A DNA stretch of 64,000 bases. Origin: Gordius albopunctatus. Taxonomy: Eukaryota. Both the position numbers and the translations under genes were made by a program. The notes beneath the pieces were generated by a model. It was not told the origin of the DNA and ran no database searches. It saw nothing but the letters and a program-made list of their open reading frames with translations. The stretch spans positions 6,510,001-6,574,000 of the forward strand of contig OZ193909.1 in the NCBI GenBank assembly GCA_964276515.1, in the 5' to 3' direction. Below are positions 22,911 to 34,600 of the stretch, piece by piece. Positions within the stretch are counted from its first letter, which is position 1. Every line of letters starts with the position of its first letter.

Positions 22911-23145
22911 AACGCCATACCGTAAAAGAGTCTAAGAATTTTCCTATAATTCATGGCCTATCTTTTACTCTACATCGTTTCCCCCCTCGCGTCTTAATAA
23001 ACCCTTGACACTCGTTGGTGTGGTTAATTTCTCGCGGATTCTTTTCTATATATGCATACGCGACGTTTATAATTTTTACATGAGGATAATAAAAATAATA
23101 AATAAAACAAGAGTTAGGGGGATATCCCGCTAGGGACTCTCCCTT

Positions 23146-26100
23146 GGCAATACAATAACATTTAAAGAGATATACAAGATAGCTGAAGCCATGGAGTTGG
23201 CCAAGAAAGAAGTCATAACTTACAAAATTGATGCTATAAATCCAAGGTATAATCCAAAAACTAAACAACAACATTATGTGAAACAACAACATCACAATTG
23301 TTCTAGGTGTGGCAAACATCATGAACCAAAGAAATGACCTGCGTTTTACAATGTTTTATCTGTCAGAAAAGGGTCATTTTTCAAAATTCTGTCACACAAG
23401 AAATGTAAATATGGTGAACACAGTTAAAAATTTAAAGCCTTATATTAAGGTAAATATAAATAAAATAACTTGCAACATGTTATTTGATACAGGGGCTGCA
23501 GTGTCTATAATTCACCAGGCAATTTACAATTTGATTCTGACACCTAGCCTGGAACAATGCCCAAAGTTAAAATCTTTTTGAGATCACCCCATACCAGTAT
23601 TAGGTAAAACTACTGTATATGTACAACTGGGGGTGAAGGTGTTAAAATTACCAGTATTTGTGACAACTGCTAATGAAGGTCCAATATTTGGTCTTGATTG
23701 GATTAAAGCCTTCCAACTTGATCTTCCAGAAGTGGTAAAAATAAATAAAATTCAAGATGACTTTGTTACTAAATTACTTAAACAATATGAGGCTGTATTC
23801 AGTGATGGCCCAGGTAAAACAAAAAATTATAAAGTCAAAATTTTTCTAAATGAAGGGGCCCAACCTATTGCATTACAAACCAGAAGGGTACCATTTCCTT
23901 TAAGACAGAAAGTAGAAATGGAATTAAAAAGATTGCTAAATGAAGACATTATTAAACGTGTTGACCCTTCTATGAATGAAATAAAATGGATTACACCCAC
24001 AGTTAATGTAATAAAGAGTAAAGGAGCCATACGCATTTGCGGTGATTTTAGGGTAACATTGAACGCATACTTGAATACAAACAACCATATGTTATCACCG
24101 TTTGACGACCTTATCACAAAAATAGCTGGTGGGGAAAGGTATACAATAATTGATCTGCGTGATGCCTATTTGCAAATGGTGGTAGACGAAGATTGCAGAC
24201 ATATGCTTACAATCGCTACGCACATATTTTCAATATAAAAGACTACCTTTTGGATTAGCGACTGCTCCCAACTTATTTCAAAGATATATGGAAGAGTTGT
24301 TAAATGGAATTCCGCACACTGGGGTACTGTTAGATGATATTATAGTCACTGGGTTAAATCAAGATGACCATTTGAAAAATCTAAACGAGGTCCTAACAAG
24401 AATACAAAATGCTGGGCTGAAAGCAAAAAAGGAAAAAGTCAAATTTTTCCAAAACTCAGTTACCTATCTAGGACATAAAATTGATTCGACAGGTATCCAC
24501 CCTACGGAAGAACGCATTGAGGCAATTAAAAATTTCAAGATACCAGAAAATAAAAAGGAGCTACGCTCATTTTTAGGTCTTGTGAATTATCAGGAACGTT
24601 TTATTCCGCGATTACATGAAAAATGTGCTCCACTACATACCTTAACTGGTTCTACCATAATGTGGAGATAAACAATTCAGGAACAGAAAATTTTTTGATG
24701 AAGTTAAGTTGATGCTTTCATCTTCTGACACCTTAGTACCGTATAGTACAACGTTACCGGTTAATCTTGCAGTTGATGCGTCCGAGACATCTGTAGGCGC
24801 CGTGATATCTCATGTTTTTCCCGACAAACCTGAAAGACCCATAGCTAATCCTTCTAGAACGTTGAGCCAATCAGAAAAACAATAATCGACGATTGACCGT
24901 GAAGCTAGAGCCATAATTTTTGGAATTGAAAAATTTAATCAGTATCTCAGAGGACGAAACCACAAACCGTTAGAAAGAATTTTCGGTTGTAAAAGGGATC
25001 TACCCAAAATGGTTAATAACAGGCTGGTACGTTGGGCTTTACTATTAAATTCATATCAATATGAAATTAAATATCGTATGGGTAAAGACAACAAATCTGC
25101 AGATGCTATGTCTAGATTTACTACTGACGTAGATGGTGACGATGCCAAAATAAACAATGTCGGGTTATTAATGATAGAGGACTTAACACTGAATAGAGAA
25201 ATGATTAAAAATGCAATAAAGACAGATCGTAGTTGTCTAGAATTAATTCGTGCTATTGAGCGCAATTGGCGCATAGACATGTCCAAATTTCAGTTAGACG
25301 TAAAAGGATATTTAAATAAACGTGAAGAGATTTCGTACGAGAGTGGACTATTAATTTTAGGAAATAGGTTAATCATTCCAAAATCTTTACAGAATTTGGT
25401 TCTTAGGATTTTACATCAAGGACATCCAGGAATTACGGGGATGCGAAATGTTTGTCGCTATTATGTTTATTGGCCGAGAATGGATGAAGACATTGACAGA
25501 CATGTAAAATCATGCGAAGGATGCCAAGAAGTGCGACCTTCAGAAAAACAGGTACCGCTCTATCCTTGGAATTTACCTGATCGTGTGTGGGACCGTTTGC
25601 ACATTGATATAGCGGGTCGAATAGAAGGAAAATGGTGGTTGGTACTAATAGACTCATTCTCGAAATGGGTTGAGTTAGCAATGGTAACTTCGACAACAAC
25701 ATCGGTCGTAATCAATCTTCTACGGAATTGGTTCTGTAGATTTGGAATCCCGACGCAGATTGTGTCAGACAATGGGCCACAATTTTCTGGACAATAATTT
25801 TCCAAATTCTGTGTTTCAAGTAATATTACTCACATAAAATCGACTCCATTTCATCCTAAAACCAATGGGCAGGCCTAAAGGATGATAAGGACGTTAAAAA
25901 TAAGATATTATGCGGCGAGAAAACAGACTTGGAACAAAGAATTTTGTCTCCAACAGGTCTTGATAAGTTACAGAAACTCTCCTCAAGCGACGACGGGAAA
26001 AACCCCATCCAAATTACTTTTAGGAAGGAGATTACAAACCGCACTGGATTTAATAAAGCCGAATTTAAGAAACGTAATAAGGGAGAAGATATGGAAACAG

Positions 26101-26290
26101 AAAACATATCATTATCAGAATGTACGTTATAGGGAATTTGAGGTTGGAGACCCAGTATGGATTCGCAACGAAATTAAGCCGGGATGTTACAAAGGTATTA
26201 TTGGAGAACGGAAGGGCCACTATTCCTATAATGTCCGGACAGATGGTGGAATCAAAATAAAACATGCTGATCAAATGAAGCTTAGGCTGC
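23146..26290 (+). pseudogene. decayed Ty3/Gypsy gag-pol, truncated at both ends
   Basis: gag tail ITFKEIYKIAEAMELA and CCHC knuckles (~23155-23395); protease LFDTGAAVSII; RT IRICGDFR, IDLRDAYLQ, LLDDIIV; RNase H VDAS; integrase H..HPG..C..C, RLHIDIAG, IVSDNGPQF. Many stops and frameshifts; no LTR identified. Confidence 0.93.
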
Positions 26291-27421
26291 GATCACAGTT
26301 TTTTTGTCTTTTTAGCACCACATGCATCAATGTGCTAAGTTTTTCCATACTCATTAGATTAGAAACGTATTAAAAATAGCTTGGCAGAACATCAATTGAT
26401 TGAATTGGGATTATTTGTGAGTCATTGGAAATGCTGCCACCTCAGGTGAACTTTGAGATAGACAATCGTAAGGCAAAAGAAAAATCAAACGGCTTTTTAT
26501 TTCTACATTCAGTACGCGGAATTATTACCTTTAATATTGATAGCATTTGTCTACATTTTTCTGCCAAAAACTATCACGGTCTGGTAACTTAATTGCCTCC
26601 CAGGGTCCGCACATACGATTCTAAGAGTCCGTTCGGCCATGCTAAAATCAATAGAGATGTCTAAACTGCAGGGCCGAAAATGACGAATTTAAATTTTAAG
26701 AATTAATTAATTGCTATATTTTCGAAAATTTTTGATTCAATTCTCTGATAAAAAATAGTAAACTATATATAAAATATGATTAAGCCCGCACTGCCCAACT
26801 TCGTTATAATACCCACCTGGGCGGGCCTACTTGAAAATCTTAATTTATTACGGTTGCCTGCTCCGCCCCAGCCGAAGGGCCCGACTTATTGGTTGTTCGC
26901 TATTTTTACTCAGAATTAATAATATTTAAAGAAAATTCGACATCTTTCTCCCACCCCCTCCTTGAAAAAATCCCTACTACGCGCCTGCCTTAAAGATATG
27001 TGAACCAGGGGTCAGATTTGTTAGATTTTTTCTGCCCTAATACGACCCGGCCCGATTTTATAATTTATCTGCCCGTCCGAACCCTTTATATGTGTCCGCC
27101 TGGCCATGCCTGAGTTATAAAAGCTGCCCGGCCTGAAATGGTGTTTTTTAAAATTTTTAGCACTAATACTGTTATATTTTTTAAAAAACTTCATCTTAAT
27201 TTTTGATTGAGCCCATTAATTGCTATGCAATTTATGGGTTCACTTTCCATTTGTTTTCTGTACCAACACGTCATGTCCTCTCACTTTTTTATGTTTTTTT
27301 ATCCCGTTGTTTGCTTTTGCCCCTCTTCGCTGAGTTGGAGCAAGTGTGTTGCCTCGTTGACGACTGAAAAATTCTGTTTCCTGTTCGTTTTGTTGATCCA
27401 TTTTGTTTTTTTATTTAATAA

Positions 27422-27755
27422 CTAGATAAACCCGGCAAACGTTGTTTTGCCATTTACCCGGGTGTATTAAATTATGTTGGAATTTTAGGGCATATATGAT
27501 GATAAAGCGGTTATTGAAGTAAAAATAAAGTTTGATGTCTATATGTTCTACTTCTATTGTTCTATTTGCGTATACAGTGCAACGCGTACGAATACTCGAA
27601 AACTACTGGACCGATTTGGCTCGAACAAATCTTAAAACATTCTCCGGAGTATCAGGAATAAACTGAAATTTTGAGCCAAATCGGTCTGGTAGTTTTCCAA
27701 AATTGGTGGCGGAATATATATATACACACACATAGTTTCATTTTTATATATAAGA
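27422..27755 (-). mobile_element. short non-autonomous Helitron
   Basis: Minus strand begins TCTTATATATAAAAATG and ends GGCAAAACAACGTTTGCCGGGTTTATCTAG (hairpin plus CTAG), followed by T. Confidence 0.8.
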
Positions 27756-28370
27756 CTAGATGAACCCGGCAAACGTTGTTTTGCCATTTACCCGGGTGTA
27801 TTAAATTATGTGTTCTACTTCTATTGTTCTATTTCCGTATAATAGATTAAGAATATATCAAATATAATTGGTAAGTGTTTATTATGCAAAAATTTTTAAT
27901 AAATAGTTAAAGAGGGTCCCAGGCCCACCCAAGAGAGAAAACCTAGCCCCATGCCCCCCCCCAAGGGAAAAATCTTTGGCCCTTCAAGCAATTTTTTTAA
28001 TTTTTTGTAATTAAGAAACAATATCATAACTATAATTATTTGTTTCTGAATAAAACTTTTAACTCTGAACTTAATAATGTCCGAAGAACTGAGATATATC
28101 AACATTTATTGGCACTTTGTTAAAAGTATTTTCATTTTTCTCATTACTTAATGCGCAAAAAATGATAAATGAGATTTTTAATTTATTTAGCCACGCAGGA
28201 GGGAACACGACCGTCCTATAATAATAATTGACGTGAAAAATAAGCAAAATAATGACTTTTATTTAATGTTTCAAATCGTAAAAAGTTTCCATTTTCCGCA
28301 GCACATGCCTACATTTATCACACTACACTACCTACACGCATGACGGTCTAGAAAATACTATAAGTGATAC
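27756..28370 (-). mobile_element. second Helitron 3' end plus internal Helitron sequence, cut by the HINE at 28375
   Basis: ctagatgaacccggcaaacgttgttttgcc repeats the 27422 terminus; ~28078-28365 is the reverse complement of ~33685-33972. Confidence 0.7.
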
Positions 28371-28374
28371 GCTT

Positions 28375-30075
28375 TTAATTGCTATGCAATTTATGGGCTC
28401 ACTTTCCATTTTCCGATGTCACATGACGCACCGAATGTCTTGTCACGCTTTTCGTCGTGTTTACCACTGATACCGATTGGAAGTCGGTTCGAATCCCAGA
28501 GAGGCCAATTTTTTTTAAATTAATATATTGTTCTTGTTACTACCATTTATAATATGACTTTTTGGCCGTCCGCTAGCTGCTGACCAATGAAAAAATTACC
28601 ATTGGCAAAATTGTGAAACAAAATTTTTTTTCGTTTTTTTTAAATTGGAAAAAAATGACCATTGGCCAAAGTGTGAATCGAAATTTTTTTTTGGCTAACA
28701 TCGATAATTACCCTGTTCCACCCCCCTACAAGAGCCTATGCCTCTACTGATATGGGTCCCTGTGCCTCCCCCCTCACCGATGTCACGTCACGCACCGAAT
28801 GTCTTGTCACGCTTTTCGTCGTGTTTGCCACTGATACCGATTGGAAGTGGGTTCGAGTCCCAAAGAGGCCAAATTTTTATTTTATTTTTTTGGATTAATA
28901 TATTGCTCTTGTTACTACCATTGATAATATGACTTTTTGGCCGTCCGCTGGCTGCTGACCATTGGCCAAAGTGTGAATCGAAATTTTTTTTGTTTTATTT
29001 TGGCTAACATTGATAATTACCCTATGCCCTCCCTAGAAGGGCCTATGCCTCTACTGATATGGATCCCTGTGCCCCCCCCACAAAGGCTTATGCCTCTCCT
29101 GATGTGGCGTTCGAATCCCGGAGAGGCCAAATTTTTTTTTTAATTAATATATTGTTCTTGTTAATAACATTAATAATATTAAACGTCTGCTGGCTACTGA
29201 CTATTGAGAAAAATTACCATTGGCCAAAGTGCGAATGGAATTTTTTTTTATTTGGCCCTTATGTATTTATAATTATAGGCTATTTAGCCGTCTGCTGGCC
29301 GATGGAAAAAAATAACCACTGGTCTAAGTGTGAATTAAAATATTTTCCTTTCTATATTTTGTCCTTATATAAATAAAGGCTATTTAGCCGTCTGCTGACC
29401 AATAAAAAAATTACCACTGGCCAAAGTGTAAATCGAAATTATTTATATTTTTTTATATTTGATTCTTATGTATTTATACGCTTTTTGCCCGTTGACTGCT
29501 GACCAATGTGCGGTCAATACATGCTGCAACGACTATCATTCACATATAAGCTATTTATAGCTTAGACCCTACATTTTTTTAAACCAACGCGAACCCGACC
29601 CGAAAGCATTTTTATATTTTCGGCCCAATAGCAAATCATTCTCAAAGTGTTCTTGTTAATAACATTAATAATTGGCTGTCTACTCGTTACAGAGTAATAA
29701 AAAATTCCTATTGGCCAAAGTGTAACTAGAATAAAAATTTCTCTATAAACGGATCGCCCAGGGTGGGGTTAGGGGCGAAGTAGCTAACAATTGATTTAGT
29801 TTAGCAACTGTCCCTGCATTCCGGACTGCACTCAAGTCGGCATGAATATACCTCACGTTCAATCCTAAGCTTTTTCCAACATTAAAGTCTCCACGATGCT
29901 CCTCACGATTTGATCATATAAATTGCATAGCAAATGTGCTTTGTTTATACGTAGTATAAAAGTGCAATAACCGTAGTGTATGATAACTTAAACCAGAGAT
30001 ATGTGAGGCAGGCACTGTGTTTAGCTAAGCGGGGGTGCCCCCAGCTAGGCCCGAAGGGCCTAGTATATTCATATA
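28375..30075 (+). mobile_element. complete Helentron/DINE-1-like non-autonomous element
   Basis: 5' TTAATTGCTATGCAATTTATGGGCTC; internal ~120-bp-based tandem repeats; inverted subTIR ataaattgcatagcaa near 29918; terminal hairpin ctaggcccgaagggcctag (30045-30063). Confidence 0.8.
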
Positions 30076-31662
30076 ACGATATTTAGTTCAAAGTTTTTTT
30101 GAAAATGCTGCTGGATTTAACAAATTACTCAGTGTAGAATTTGTTTAAAGCTTAGTATTTGATTTGTTCAGGAAGGGTGAAGTTCTAAGTTAAGCTTTAT
30201 TTTAAGGTCAGGTCGGGCTCTCTAAATAAAAATTGAAAAAAAATGTAAAAAATCGACTTTGTAAAATTCTGAGTTGCTCTCTTCCCTTAAATAATAAGGG
30301 TAAAATTGCAAAATATTATCATACCCCTTCTCCATACATTACCAATCTTTTTGCCACTAGTCTAATTAGTTATGCGTTCGCCAATGGAATGCACTTAAAC
30401 TATACTTACTTAAATGTTGAAACGTATTAAAACTAGGTCCGCGGCTCCTGGACCTCATTCTCCTTCGGACCTCGCTAGAACCACCGGGTTTGTATTTTTG
30501 TTGAGCTTAACCTAGGAATTATAACACTTCGTAAAAAACAGTCTAATTACTATGGCGCGACAGCTTATCTCTATGTTACCCGCTGCATTAACTTATTACT
30601 CAGTATACCCGCTAAAAGTCGTTTCAATGAAGATTTATTGACAAAATTTGGTTTGCGGTCAATGGTTTGTTTGAATTTCGATCCCTGCTATAAACAAATT
30701 TTTTAAATAGACACATCTACGCAATTTTTTAAGTTAAAAAAAGGGGGGGGGGGTTTGGAAAAGGATGCGGCATTCCTATTTTAATAAATGTTACATAAAT
30801 TAACCATTTAATGGTTTTACAGTTTCGACCGCTCTCTAACTAACGAGGTTTATCATACTTAACTTTTTGATATACATGTTTTAAAAATACAAAAGCACAG
30901 AATAATAATATTGGCTTTGGGGAGACTGAGTATAATGTCATTTAAAAATTTTCTTCTCCTTTATCTTCTCAGTTCTTATAAATGTATGACCAATACTGTT
31001 AAAAGACGTTATTAAAAAGAAATATAAAATTTATTTTATCACTTTATGGGATAGATACGCTTATTTATTCATAAAGCGTCACCATAATTAGGAAGGAATA
31101 ACAAATTTATTATCACATCATGGATGAAACACGATTATTTTTTCATTAAACATCACCAAACAAAATTATGGAGCCTAAAATGAATGCTCAAATAATGTTG
31201 TTCCAACAAACACGTGACATTAAGAAATTCGACAATTTTTACAAAGTTGATTTGTTGATTATCGATACTTTAGCTCCATAATACAAATCTCTAGGTTGAG
31301 AGGTGCGAGATTTTTATGTTTAATACTGAAAAACGCATAAAAATCGTGTGAAATGAGGGGCTGGAAAAAATTTTGTATGAAACATTCAGAAAAGGCTGCT
31401 CTTGTACATGATTTTTGCTTTTTCTCACAACTTTTTCTGCAATAATAACATTGCATTTGATTAAATGGTAAACGGGATCTTGGCTATATTGAAAAAGAGA
31501 TTCGCAAAATTTTGAGCGATGACTACAAACAATACTGGAAATATAACACTTATTTGTACAAAAGACGTCAACTAAAATCCATTATCACATCTATTTGGTA
31601 AACGCTAATACTTTTAAGTCCTGAAGTCGATTTTGGTCTCTTTGTTGTATTAGTTATTGTTA

Positions 31663-34600
31663 TTAGCAGTCCAGATGGTCTCTAGTAAGCATATCTTCAC
31701 ATTTGATCATCAACAAATTTTGTGTAACTTCGATTTTTCCACCATCCTTAATCAAAGGTTTTAAAGGCAAAGGGCTACGTAAAACAAAATTCCAATTCAT
31801 AAACAATCTTTGGCACAGAGAAATTTTTTTGACATTTAGCTCTTTAACAGGTTCCATGATCTTGTTACTATTTCTGTGAATAGAGCCTAAATTAGATATG
31901 TGAGTTGTATTGCTATCCCGCCTATTTTTCCATTTCTTGAATTGAGACACCATCGCCTCTTGTACCTTATAATAATAATTTGAACAAATGTCGTAAATTT
32001 AATTAAAATAATATATAAATGGAATTATGTAAAATAGTAAATAAAGAAATGAAGAGAAAATATAAATAATAATATTACTTCGTCGTTGAGGAAACAAAAG
32101 TAGAGAGAAACTAAGAAGCCCTAAGAAAGTATAGAATTATATGTGTTTGGTTTTGGTTATAAAATTTTACTTGAAATGATATGAATGTTGGGGCAATGAT
32201 GGTTTTAAGTACAGGGTCCTCTCTAGTGGTCAAAAAATGCGTCACGCCTAATAGTATGGCCAAGAAAAATAATCCTTTGTACGATTTCCTATTAAACAGC
32301 ATCATTGCAATGTTTTATTCGTTCAAACATATTTCAAAAACACCTATAAAGTATATTCAAACGATTATTTTATATATTATTGTTTGAAAGTCTCAAATTT
32401 AACTCCATTTTTTTCTCAATATTTCGAACAATCGTTGTTAGAAGAGGTATAGCAAAATAATCTTTCTTTTGGGAATTACTGATTTATCGAAAATAAAATT
32501 TTAAATAAAAATATATAATTAAAACAAATTGAACATAATTATTATACGATCTTGTGGTGATATGGTTCGACATCGTCTTTTTCCAAACGAAGATCACTAT
32601 TATGCCAAATATTATGGCGTTTACCTGTAAAAGATTAATAACAATACAAATTGCCGTATAAACATTTAACAATAATGGTATGACGGCTTTTTGTATTTAT
32701 TTTACCGCTCCTTCCAGCAAATAATATCATTTAGCCTGTCTCTCCTCACCCATCTAGCCCGTTAAAATTTATACGCAAAACATCGCTTATATTTGACATA
32801 AAAAAATAAAAACTATAAAATTTAGGAAGAAAACACAATCTTATGCCAGTTGTTACAGAAAGTATATAGAAATTAACATGCAAATATTAGATTTTGCAAG
32901 TACTTACGCAAATAATTATTATATAAACGTAGCCCAAAATATCTTGGCTTAGATCTTGCCCATTGTTTACCCACATGCATCTAAAGAAATATTTATTTTT
33001 AGTTTAATTACAAAGTTACAGGGAAAAAAGAATTTTCCATAAAATATAATTGTTACTCACATGTATCCTATATATTTGTATCTAACAGTGGTAAAAGTAA
33101 TAACAATAGCCAAGGGGGCACCTGATAAATAGTAAAAACCACACATAAAATATATTCTTCTCATTAAAGATTATTAACCTAAAGAATATAATTTCAAATG
33201 TTTATTAGTTTTAAATTGTATTGACCCTCGAGAGTGCAGTCCTCATTGAAATATCCCGTAAAAAGATACTGTCTTTAATTTGAATCCCTAATTTAAATCT
33301 TCCGTAGTCTAAATCGCATTAAATGTTTTAACTTTATCAGATTTCAAATAATAATCATCTCAAATCGCTAATATAAACATTTTTAAACGTTGGGTTATTA
33401 GCTTAGCCAATTTGTATAAAATATCTATATATATATATAATTCTCGTGTCACGGTGTTTGGTCCTCAACTCCTCCGAAACGGGTGGACCGAATTAGATGG
33501 AAATTTCTGCGAATATTTAGTAGGTCTGAGCCTAGGTTTTTAACTATATTCCAAATCTCTAAATCATAAGACGGTCAAGTTATTTAGTTTTATACGTTTT
33601 GTCACTTAATAAAATCTCAATCAAACGCAACCTCATGACGTAATGCGTATCTATCGAGTTCTTTAGTAAAAGTGTATCACTTCACTTATAGTATTTTCTA
33701 GGCCGTCATGCGTGTAGATAGTGTAGTCTGATAAATGTAAGCATGGTGCTGCGGAAAATGGAAACTTTTTACGATTTGAAATATTAAATCAAAGTCATTT
33801 TTTGCTTATTTTTCACGTCAATTATTATTATAGAACGGTCGTATCCCCTCCTGCGTGGCTAAATAAATTAAAAAATCTAATTTTTTCATTTTTTGCGCGT
33901 TAAATAAGGAGAAAAATGAAAATACTTTTAACAAAGTGCCAATAAATGTTGATATATTTCAGTTCTTCGGACCTCTAAGAAGGGCTCCGCCCCTAACTCC
34001 TAACAAGGTTATTTCTCGGTTCTTTGGTTTTAGGTAGCGCCCCCGAGCCCCGTGTTGTTTTTTGTTGAGCCTTTAACCTAAACTATTCTACAATTCGTTG
34101 AAAAACATTTCATTTGCTGTGAAATTTAAGCAGGGGAGGAAAACGGACCTAATGTTTGGGGTCTTCGCTACGTCCATGCTTATACCGGTTGCTTTAAGTT
34201 TTTATGAATGATCTGAGTACACTGATAGCTTATTAACCAAAGTAAGGTTTGTGGGCAATGCTTTTTGACGACCCCTCATAATATCTCAGTTTTTAATGCT
34301 GTATATCTAGGCATATTTTAAACAAAAAAGAGAGTTAGGGGATATTCGCATGTTTCGGAAATAACCGAGATTAATGATGTTGCTCCGGTCGCCTCAGGCC
34401 GGACTCATATAAATTAACGTAAGAGAGGGGTCATTTTATGGAGCATTTTAAACCTGGACTGTGGATTATTAAAATAATTAAATAAAGATAGAATACATGT
34501 GAACAACAAATTGAGTTTAAAATACCTTATTTTTTGTCGAACTTGACATTATGATAATAAATTAATCAAGGAATTAAAAATTGATTAATAAGCATCGGCA

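Larger units (their letters stand above)
17666..23145. mobile_element. palindromic DIRS/hepadnavirus-related retroelement (two inverted RT-RNase H arms around a gag-like loop)
   Basis: 17666-19734 is the reverse complement of 21077-23145 (2069 bp each, few substitutions); clearly higher GC than the flanks; ORFs intact; no integrase or YR seen. Confidence 0.85.

Noticed and set aside
32640..32735. Possible duplicated alternative ECL2-TM5 exon of the GPCR (LNDIICWKE...LLNVYTAICIV)
   Set aside because: It contains an in-frame stop and needs a frameshift; exon 32980-32908 already supplies this segment with correct phases.
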